DNA of 63,948 nt, counting the filler, from Dimargaris cristalligena (Eukaryota), in assembly GCA_003614675.1 (NCBI GenBank). It is 4 parts of 4 records of this genome, joined end to end, with 100 filler letters (N's around TTAATTAATTAA, not from the genome) between each part and the next. Parts side by side here need not be neighbours in the genome. Positions count along the whole stretch, not along the records: positions 49,715 to 63,948 come from ML002956.1; 3 more parts are not named here. One strand, 5' to 3'. A program made the translations under genes and the position numbers. Numbering within the stretch: position 1 is the stretch's first letter; each line of letters begins with the position of its first letter. This document shows positions 49,715 to 60,316 of the stretch, piece after piece. A model generated the notes under the pieces. That model saw only the letters and a program-made list of their open reading frames with translations. It had not been told where the DNA came from and searched no databases.

Positions 49715-52518
49715 TCCCTGATGGGTGTCGGCACAACTGACATTTAGTCTACTTCATTTTAACATTATTTAACGACCCACCTAATAATCAGTTTGGCGTT
49801 TCTTGCCGAGATATCTCCAGAGTTAGGTTCACTTTTTTGTGGTCCTCCAGCGAGTCCCTTTTGATTTTTTTCAATTCCATACAATTTACGACCTATACCT
49901 CCTACATCCACCCATTGTTTTCATTAACGACTATTTATTCTTACCACTCTACCCATATTTTAACGAATTACCCATGCAATCACCCTACCTTATGTTCTAA
50001 TGCCTTTTATTAGCTTTAACCTAGTACTACTTTTAATTTTCAAACATGATGACCGCATTTACCCTTTCACTTTTACTATTACATTTAATGACTATTTACC
50101 GTCCTATACTCCCGAGTGGAATTCAGACGATGATTTAATGCAATTGCCATGACCTACTTTACCTTAATATAACGGCCCAACCTCACATCACATATAACTA
50201 TAATAATAATAAACCCATATTACCCTCGATAGCAGAAACCCGCCATCAGTTTAGATGTAGATTATTCAATACCTAAATGGCCCATACCGGTTGGGAGGTA
50301 CGTTAATTAAACATGCTTTAAGCAATTTCCACCAGACCGCAGGATACATCCAGGATCAATCAATCTATCAAGGCACCTAGGCAGTGAATGGCCTCTTTAC
50401 TAACCCAATCAGCGCCATGACCTCCCTTTTTTACACGAAAGAAACATCGTTAGAGTTGATTGGATCATTGGGCAGGGGTCGGATGGGGGCGAACAATCAG
50501 TAATCACCTACCATTAGCCAGGGTATTTTTATTGAATTGAGGAAACGTGATTCTATAAAAGGTTAATGAATCAATGCAAGGGTGGTCAATTCTTAACCCG
50601 CCCATCAATAAAATATATTTCAATTAGATATGGCCGACTTGAATAAATAGAGGACGAAACTGGTAGAATTACATAAAAAATGGACGAAAAATGATACAAA
50701 AAAGCGAATATCCCCTATTTTAGTTTTTTAATATGCCAGCAGCTCGATTGACAGTAATTACGAATCCACCACTTAGGCGGCCCAGTTCATTAACCTTGAA
50801 GCCCAATCCTCCATTGAAAGTTGAATCGTTTCATAGGTACCCAGTGCCTCGGACAAAAGTACTACCATGATATGCTTGCACTATTGGGTCGAATGGCAAA
50901 TGTGGCAATAAGTTAATGATAAATCGCACAGTGAAACAAGATGTTAGCGGAAGTATGCCGTATGCGGTGAGGGCCGACCCATGGTGAGAATACCATGCGA
51001 TTGGGACTAGGATTAAGATCAGCTGATCACTATAATTGATTATGCCCAATTTGTAAATAAGCATTATGTGTATTACCAGAGGGTGGCCGAGTGGAGTTGT
51101 GTCTATCATTAGCCAAATCATTTGGATACATATTGTGCATATTTAAATGTATTGAGATATCGGCTTTCCAAAATCAAGTAACCGATAATTGCAGGTGGGG
51201 CAGAAATCTAGGCAGTGCTGCCTTAGCCCGAGGGTAAACATAGGTTAATACTTACAGACATCATGAAAAGATGCACATGTGCAAAAAGTTGTTGTGAGTA
51301 GAATGTGATGGACTTTGTCGTTACTATCGCGTACCTAAGGTCCAAAATAGAGGTGATTTAGTGAATTGGTTATATATTAAATGGGCTATTTAAGAGTATG
51401 GTCCCCTGTAAAGCAGTCATGCGTATCCAGCCCAGATTGGCATTCCAGTGCCAACTGTGTGGGCTAACAATTACCTCGTAGAAACATTGGTCATGGGCAC
51501 CGACGTACTGGAGGACTTGAAGGGCAGCGCATTTGGGGGTGAAGGCCCACATATATGGGAAGGCCGAGATATCGTAAACAATATAATATTTTTTGGTTAA
51601 GTTACAGGGGGTATAGTTGCTGGGGGGATGGGCGATAAAATAACCAGGGAAACGTACTATCTAACCAAGCCTTTAGATAAGATGTTAGTATTTGTATATA
51701 CCTTTACAGCCCCAATCAAGCTGCTCAAGAGTCTCTTCGACCAGGGAGACGCCTATTATATGCAGCAGTTGTCGAAGGTGGGTGGCTTCAACTAAATAAT
51801 TAAGCAATATATTCAAGCGGTTAGATAATCCGAGTACTCTACAGAGAGTTCGCCCGCCTAGCGGCGTTGGAAAGGTGACATTGGTTAGGCAAAATAGCCC
51901 ACGTAGCCTGAACAACAGGAATACCACTATTAGACTACTGGAAGTCTTCCGGGTAGGATGACTGGTACCTACGGGACCGTTTGGACCGAATGTCGGTCAG
52001 GACTGCATTTAAGGGGAGGTCCATGTGGTTACTAACTAGAGAAGTGAAGGGAAGTGAGGCCCAACTCGGTAATGGGAGGAAGTAAATGCAACCTAGAGGC
52101 ACCCGCGAAAGCTGTGTTAGCTTTCTTTAGGATATATCGAATGTAGGGGAGGGGGTGGGTAGTACTGCGGCCAAGGGCCAAATGAGGTCTATGGTTGACT
52201 ACCGAATGGCAGAGTGATCTCCTCTATACTTCTTTTAATAGGTTATGGAGCCTATTCCCGCACATACAGTAGAAGGACGGGGGATAGGCAGGCCTGAAGA
52301 CTAGGGTGGTAATGTAGGGAGGGAAGAAGGCCCACACAAAAAGTCCCCAAAAATTGCCCGCCTATCACAAACTATAATACCTACTCGCCAATTCTCGCTG
52401 GGCACCACATATCCATAACAAAGCCGCCAGTGCCTGTAGCATCCGTCCCTTCTCTCTTCCTTCAACTTTCGTTCATATCTACACTTTAGTAGGAGAACCG
52501 CTGATTTTGTCAATCACA

Positions 52519-53207
52519 ATGGTAATGCTCCCATACTATACGGCCTACGATGCCCCTCCCCCTCGATTCCGTCGATTCCACGCTAGTTAACCATCACAGT
52601 ATGAGTCGCGCTATCCATCCATCCATCCATCCGTCTAACGGCATTGGAGGGACGAACTTTTCCGTGAATCCGTGCTAACCTAATCCATCCACATGCCTGT
52701 ATCTCTATTTTTCTAATGAAAACGAACACCGGTGGTCTACGAACAACGCTGCTCGCCTCCGCGTTCCGATGGATATATTGATAATCGACGTGGTCACTAC
52801 TGTAACCATCGAGTAGCCGGCCCTTAAGACTTTCCGCACCAAGCGCATTCTGGCGAAGAAGATGCGCCAGAACCGCCCTCTTCCCCAGTGGTTCCGCTTC
52901 AAGACCGACACCAAGATCAGGTAAGTTGGGCTTCCCCATTCGTCACAATCCCCTACTCCGTTTAGGAATCCCCCATTCCGCGCTCGCGATTCCGTTGTCT
53001 GTCGATTCCCCCATTGACCATTTGTTGAGTTTCTCAGCCCTTCTCCCGAGGTTTACCCTCGGCCGGTTTGTCAAGTTTTAGATAGAGCCAGAGCTAACCA
53101 ATAATTCTCCTACTCATTGTGGTTGTATTTCGTCAACCCATGTACTTGTTCATTATAGATACAACGCTAAGCGTCGTCACTGGCGCCGCACCAAGCTGAA
53201 CATCTAA
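52519..53207 (+). CDS. RPL39: 60S ribosomal protein L39 (eL39); exons 52519-52521 (ATG only), 52817-52920, 53159-53207; 51 aa
   Basis: Spliced product is [55 protein letters not shown] introns. Confidence 0.95.
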
Positions 53208-54164
53208 GTTTGTTTGGCCGACTCCCCCACTCGCGTTCGCTTGGCCTTTTTCGCAAGTTACCTGTTACGGCAAGCGGTTCCGTTCGGCGCTCACGTACAT
53301 CTTACTCCGTCACGCGGTATCCTTTCCTCCTCCTCGCCCCATGTATAACTTATATCCATCCAGTGAAGCAGGTCGAGCACCTTGCCAGGTGTGCTGTTAA
53401 GGTTGTTTCGGATAAATAAAATGAGTACTTCTCCACTTTGTCCGTGTCGTTTAAAGTCCATTATGTTGAACCTATCTATCTTAGTATGAACACATCTTCC
53501 GATATAGCCCTACTAGGTATTTGTGAGAAATTTGGCTTACTGAATTGGAAATTACGACCTTGAAATGTAATGGACCCGAGTGGATTATCCAAGCAACTAG
53601 AACTAGCTAAGGAATAATATAAACCCCATTTTAGTTGCTGGAGCTCGCGAATTGAGACTCGGGTACTTTGGTAAATCCCAGCTATTTTCCTGAGTTTAGA
53701 ACTGTATTTTTACTTGGTCAATTAAATTACAGGTAATTTTAAGTATAAATGTGCTGGATGGGCCAGTTGTGACTGACAGCGGCATTCCAATCTTATATTA
53801 TTTTTCGGGGTAGACCAACCTCTTGGTGCGTATATTTATATTTCTAATAATATTGGTTCTATATTGTTAAGCACATAGCGGCTACATAAAACCCGACTGA
53901 GAATAGCTTAGTTGGTAGTTGGCACGAATGGCTTGGTCTACTCCTAACTCCTACTGCAAAAGCCCCTTGACCTGACTCACCTCAGGAAGGTTATCTATGA
54001 TACCTTACGAGAAGTTTCTAAATACATCAATCATTACCTTACAGACGTTCGATGAGTAGAGTCCAGAAATAATTGGAAACTAACTGGTTAATAGCAATTT
54101 CACTAATGTTATATGACCATGCTATACTAGCAACCCTTCATATGGTTATCCTATTCCATTGAGG

Positions 54165-54305
54165 ATATGGGTGAAAATCAAACCAGCTGTTTAAGGTTTT
54201 ACATAATACATGTATGGGTGAATATATGTGAGAATAGTTTTTAACCAGTAATATTGGCCTCATCCAATGGATTTTTCATTATACAGCCTGAATGAACTCC
54301 CATAT
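54165..54305. mobile_element. MITE-like element (141 bp), inverted relative to 37067-37210
   Basis: Its reverse complement matches 37067-37210 apart from a few substitutions and a 3-nt indel. Confidence 0.75.
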
Positions 54306-55763
54306 ATTTTTTCGACAGCATTAATGTGGATAATCCAGTGAAAGTTACCCTCTATCAAAGTATCGTTAGAAAGGCCAATAATACATAGCACGTTAAATAA
54401 CAAACCCCTTCAAAATAACTGGGCGGAAGCCGTACATTCCTATAGTCCGTAAATGGGCGGGAATCGCCACCTCATATCCGTTGAATTCAACCAATTACGG
54501 AGGCTGGCTTCCACCTTTCCATTTGTGTCTAAATAGGGTCAAGAACCCTTAACATAATGGTGTCTAGACTCCTTCAATAAAACATTTACTTCCACCCTTC
54601 CCCATTTGGACTACCTTCTGGTCAATTCCAGCTACTTGCACACGATATATCTATACCAGTTAACTAATGGAGGGCTGGACGGTCCCAACTAATAGTAGGT
54701 GTCCCACCCAACTCCCCTCATGTACACGCCATTAAAAAACTATTTGGCAAAGTTGAAATGCAATCAAAAATATTCAAAGTCCCCTAAATCCCAATTGGGC
54801 GTGATTGGTCTCCCATAAGGCTGGTTTTCTATGGGTTGAAATTAGCCTACTAAAGCAATGGTTACACTTTTGGTCTGGTAGTAGTACTTGGGACAACTGT
54901 ACAATACTTAAACTTGGCGAAAAGGGGGTGAACATACACAGGTTATCGGCTATGCTCTTCTGGTGAAAAAGGTGCCATTGAGCGGAAAGCAGGCATAGGG
55001 TATCTGCTTTCCAATCAAGCCGGTGGCTTCTTTATTTCAGTACAATTCACTATTATTAAAGAGGTTTACACTAGTAGCTATTCGTCACTCAAAAGTCAAG
55101 CTCAGTGAAAGGGCCTTAATACTACAGTAAAACATTCCAGAATGATGGTATTGGCCACTTCATGTGAATGGGGCGAACGGCACCCCGAGTATAATGGCCG
55201 GCCTGACAGACGATTCCATTCATAATTCGAATCATAACTGGTAGTGGTAGGGTGGTCGTTAAAACACCGAATTGCATGGGTGACGTGGAAAGAAGACGAC
55301 GCCTTCCAATAATGGGTGATAATCGGCAGTTAAGTATTCATCAAGAAGGGCGATTCCCGAACGAAAGGTGAAGCGGTGGAGGATAATTTGAAGAGCACTA
55401 CATATTTAATTGTAGTATATAAACTGCCTGAATTGCTGACCAACCACTATCAATTCAACCAACAACTTCATATTTTCTCCCCCCTTCTCTTTAACTCCAG
55501 CACACCATAGCCTCTATCCCCTTACTCTTACTCGGATCGTCCCATCTCTTTTCATTCCGCCTTTCACTCGTTCGCCCATCCAAAAAGGTAATAGGCCCGG
55601 TAATTTTGGTCAAGTTCTACAACTTCACCACATTAAAAATAAAATTTTCATTTGAACTAGAAATATATTTCAAAACACGACCACTAACCATTGTGTGTAT
55701 TGAAATCGCGTTCTTTTTTGATACTCGGCATTAACCACATCTCCAGATAAACCCAAGCCAACC

Positions 55764-58322
55764 ATGTCCGAACCCCAGGTAATCGCTCAGCGCCCTGACT
55801 TCGGCAAGTTGGGCAGTAACATTCCGATCAATGCCAACTTTATTGAGATCGAGGCATTTGGTGAGGACCCAGTTCACCACTATGACCTCAAAATACTCCC
55901 CGAAGTACCGGCCGAACTGGGCCGCGAGGTGTTCCAGGTTCTCGAAAACCAGCTACGCCATAACTTGTTCCAAGGCACCTACCCCGTTTTTGACGGAAAG
56001 TACAACATGTACTCCCCCGTGGTATTAGCCCTTGCGGATGGTAAGGGCGAATTCGACGTGTACTTACCCCGGGATCAGAAGCGTCTCGAGAGTGCCCCCG
56101 CAGGCAAGGGTCCGAAACCCTTCAAAGTGTCCCTGCGAAACGTCGCTATGATCAATATGGGCGTTCTACGCGAATTTGTTTCCGGGCGCATCGAGTTTAA
56201 CCCCCAGGTCCAGTCAGCCATCAGTATTCTCGACGTTGCGTTTCACCATCTGCCCGCTAGCAAGTACCCTAGTGCCAAGAACTCCTTCTACACGTCTGAA
56301 GGGAAGCAGGCCATCTCAGGGGGTATTGAAGTCTGGCCGGGGCTTTTCCAGTCAGTGCGCCCCACCCAGGGCCGGGTGCTACTGAATGTCGACGTTAGCT
56401 CGACCGCATTCTACGCCCCCGGATCGCTGCTAAACAGCGTCGTTCGGTGCCTCAACAAGGTTGACCCCCTCGAACTGCTCAACCTTCGGGAGCACGAGAT
56501 GCGCAACCTGCAGAAGATGATCAAGGGGATTCCCGTGACGTTGACCCACCGCGACCAGGGGGAACGCATTTTTAAGCTCAAGGGTATTAGCGAGCGCGGG
56601 GCTAACCAAACCATGTTTAATTTGCGCAGCGAAGACGAAACCGAAACCAAGATGTCCGTCGCGAAGTACTTTTCCGACCATCTGAACATCCCGGTGCGCT
56701 ACCCTACCCTCCCCTGTGTTGAATTGAAACGCGGGACCATGGTGCCTATTGAGTTTTGCACGGTGGTCTCTGGTCAACGCTTTATGCGCAAACTTGATGA
56801 GCGCCAGACCGCCGAAATGATTAAGTTCACGTGTGTGCGACCCCAGGAGCGATTTAAACGCATTACTAAGCAGGCTTCGGATCTGCTTTGTTTCAACTCC
56901 AATCCCTACCTGAAGGCGTTTGGCATTAAACTGAACGGAAAAATGCTCAGCATCAACGGTCGGCAGCTACCCCCGCCCACCGTGGTCTACGGAGGTAATT
57001 CCAAGGATCGTAATGTTAAGCCCAAGGACGGGTCCTGGAATATGCGTGATAAGTGTTTCGTTGTGGCGGCCGAAATCCCATCGTACGGCGTCCTGGTGTT
57101 GGACCGGGAAAATGGCCAATCCCGAAAAATGGTGAGTGGGTTTATGGGACAACTTAACAAAATTCTCTTCAACATGGGCATCGAATTAGCGGATAGAACA
57201 CCCTCCATCACTTTCGGCCACTATATGGGCAACTTTAACCAAAGTCTAGAAAAGGCGCAATCGGAAGCCCGGCGCGTTTTCCAACAGACACCGCGGATTA
57301 TCTATGTTCTGGTGGGCTCCACGGCCAGTTCCGTATACGGGGAGATTAAGCGCATCTCGGATACAAAACTGGGGATTATCACCCAGTGCATGCAACTGTC
57401 GAAGATTCGCCGGCCTAATAATATTCAGTACATGGCCAATGTGGCCCTGAAAATCAATGTGAAACTGGGGGGTATTAACTGCCTCCTGGAACCAAAACAA
57501 ACCACATTCATATCTGGTGGGTCGACCATGGTCATCGGTGCCGATGTCACCCACCCAGGCCCCGGTAATAACACCGATCCATCCATTGCCGCTGTCGTCG
57601 GATCGATTGACAAATCGATGACTCGGTTCGTCAGCGAAGTCAGCGTGCTCCCTCCGCGCACTGAAATTATTGCCTCCCTATCCGAGTCCGTAAGCAAAAT
57701 GCTCAAGGCATTTAAGCAGGAAAACCAATGCCTACCCCGCCGGATTCTCTTCTATCGCGATGGTGTTTCGGAAACCCAATTCCAAACGGTGCTAGTCGAA
57801 GAACTGGCGGGCATTAAAAAGGCCGCCGAGGAGGTGAACGATGGCGAATCGATTCTGGTAACGTTTATCACTTGTCAGAAGCGCCACCACGTGAGGTTTA
57901 GCCCTCTCAACCCCGGCCGAGGTGACCGCTCGGGCAACTGCCCCGCCGGTACCGTCGTGGACCGTGGTGTGACCCACCCCAAAGAATTCGATTTCTTTCT
58001 GCAATCGCAGGGGGGTCTTCAGGGCACCTGCCGTCCCACCCGCTACACCGTATTATATGATGATAATGACTTCACAGCCGACGATTTGCAGCAGCTGACA
58101 AATCAGTTGTGTTATTTGTATCCGCGTTGTACTCGCTCGGTGTCGCTTTGCCCTCCTGCATATTTCGCCGATTTGCTAGCGTCCCGAGCCCGCTTCCACC
58201 GTGGCAGTCGGAGTGATTTTGAGGACAATCCGACTCTGGTCACCCCCACTACTGGACATCGCGACGATATTCAGCTGGTGCCGGTGATGCTGGGTCTAAA
58301 GGAGGTACTCTACTTTATGTAG
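55764..58322 (+). CDS. AGO: Argonaute (N-PAZ-MID-PIWI), 852 aa, single coding exon
   Basis: ANF start, QSVRPT, LNVDVS, PAZ SVAKYF...YPTLPC...PIEFC, MID YGEIKR/TQC/KINVKLGG, PIWI GADVTHP, RTEII, YRDGVSE, KRHH.RF, GTVVD, QGTCRP, PAYFADL. Confidence 0.97.
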   Translation: MSEPQVIAQRPDFGKLGSNIPINANFIEIEAFGEDPVHHYDLKILPEVPAELGREVFQVLENQLRHNLFQGTYPVFDGKYNMYSPVVLALADGKGEFDVYLPRDQKRLESAPAGKGPKPFKVSLRNVAMINMGVLREFVSGRIEFNPQVQSAISILDVAFHHLPASKYPSAKNSFYTSEGKQAISGGIEVWPGLFQSVRPTQGRVLLNVDVSSTAFYAPGSLLNSVVRCLNKVDPLELLNLREHEMRNLQKMIKGIPVTLTHRDQGERIFKLKGISERGANQTMFNLRSEDETETKMSVAKYFSDHLNIPVRYPTLPCVELKRGTMVPIEFCTVVSGQRFMRKLDERQTAEMIKFTCVRPQERFKRITKQASDLLCFNSNPYLKAFGIKLNGKMLSINGRQLPPPTVVYGGNSKDRNVKPKDGSWNMRDKCFVVAAEIPSYGVLVLDRENGQSRKMVSGFMGQLNKILFNMGIELADRTPSITFGHYMGNFNQSLEKAQSEARRVFQQTPRIIYVLVGSTASSVYGEIKRISDTKLGIITQCMQLSKIRRPNNIQYMANVALKINVKLGGINCLLEPKQTTFISGGSTMVIGADVTHPGPGNNTDPSIAAVVGSIDKSMTRFVSEVSVLPPRTEIIASLSESVSKMLKAFKQENQCLPRRILFYRDGVSETQFQTVLVEELAGIKKAAEEVNDGESILVTFITCQKRHHVRFSPLNPGRGDRSGNCPAGTVVDRGVTHPKEFDFFLQSQGGLQGTCRPTRYTVLYDDNDFTADDLQQLTNQLCYLYPRCTRSVSLCPPAYFADLLASRARFHRGSRSDFEDNPTLVTPTTGHRDDIQLVPVMLGLKEVLYFM

Positions 58323-60316
58323 GGACTGTTATTGCCGTCTATCATTTTGACATAACTGTGCTAGCCAGGCTATCTGGCAATCCTCCACTCCCCCTAACCT
58401 TTGGTTGATAATTTCAATCTTCAATTTGAATTACAAATAAAATAATAGCCGTTTTCGGGTTAAAAAAATGCATTCACGTTAAAAGTTTCCAGGGGGGAAT
58501 TGTAGGTCTTTTTTGATAAGCAATCCTAGTTTTATTTGTCCAAATAGAAAAGTACAGTGAAATAGTCAACAGAACCCACAAAACTATTCAATGCCAATAG
58601 CATTGACTACTTCCGGGTAGTAACCCGCCACAATGCTAAACGGGCTGATAGATCCTTTACTCTTCAGATCTAGAGTATACAATGCCAACATTCGCACTTA
58701 CGCACTGCTAAAATGATGAGTTTAGTTTTAGTATTGTGATATAATTACAATAGCGAATATTACATTACTAGCTGCTCTATTTATTAATATTAATATTCAT
58801 ATGGAGCGCGGGGGACATTTTCAACTAAAAAGAACATTTTTGGTATAACATAATCACTATATTAGAAAGTATATATACTATTGTGACCCAATAGGTCTCG
58901 CCCTCAGGATAATTAAGCAGACTTGGCAAATCAGGCCAAAAAAAAAGAGCAAAACGCACAAGTTGGAACCAATATTTTCAGTTCATTATTAGTTGTTTTT
59001 GTTAATCTATTCTTTCAATATCGTGGTACTTATTGGTAATACTTGTTATAATCAATAGAGAAGTCCACGTTCTGCAGCATCCAAAATAACAACATATACA
59101 TGTGTAAAGAACACGACTGAGAATGAATTCTGCATAAAAAATTATGAGAAACTCGGCAGAGCTGGCTGGTTGGATGTAATAAAAAAGGGAGTTAGATACC
59201 AGTAATAACCCTACAGAGAGTTCACTATCCCCGAAGCTGAGAGGAAGTATAGTATGTCATTTTTATTATTTACGCTTAGTAACATAAAGAATTTGCCAAA
59301 TAATTTTATAAGCCATTGAAATATATCTGACGGAGTTGAACTGTAATACTAACTATTCATAGTACACTTGATCATTGTCGGGCGTGATTAGTCTCACATG
59401 CCTGGTTTTCTATAAGATATAATTAGCCTACCAAAATAATTGATGAACTTTCGATCTGGACAAAGTACTTGGGACAAGTATGCTTATCCCGAAATTGAGA
59501 AAGGTAGCCGGATTAAACTAGTTATCAGCAATGCCCTTCTGGTGAACAAAGACTCTTTAGAGGAATGTAGGTATAGTGTATTAACTTTCTAAACGAGCCG
59601 ATGGCTTCTTTATTTTAGTGGAATTCACAATGATTATAAGAGATCCTCACTAGCACTGATTTGTTTGTCAACAATCGAGCTTAAAGGTCCCAATAGTGCA
59701 GTACACTATTCCGGAATGGTACCATTTACCAATTCATGTGAATAAGGCGAACAGAAATGTCAGCATAATGGATTGCCTGACAGGCGATTCCATTCAAAAC
59801 CTGAATCATAACGAGTGGTTAAAATGAGATCGCTGATTCACCGAATTTTATGAATATTGTGGAAAGAAGTCAGTGACTTTCCTGTAATGATCGACAATGG
59901 ACGTTTACGTCTTCATTAAGAAGGGTGATTCCCAAACAAATAGTGAAGCAATGGAGAATAATTAGACAAAAGCTCTTCATGTTTTATCTCAATATATAAG
60001 CTACCTGGATTGCCATCCAACGACTTTCAATTCAACTATCAACTACATAGTTTATCGCATTCTTTACTCTAACTTGAGCATTTCTACTCCCTATCATTCA
60101 ACCTAACTACACTCTTTCACCCATCCACAAAGGTAATTATTCCGGAAATTTTATAATTTTGGTCAAGTCCTACAACTTCACCAAGTTATAATTGAAAATC
60201 TCATTCGAACCAAACATATATTTCGAAACACAATCACCAATCATCGTGCGTGATGCAATCGCGTTCTTTTTTGATAACTGGCATTAACTACATCTACAGA
60301 TTAACCTGAGTTAACA

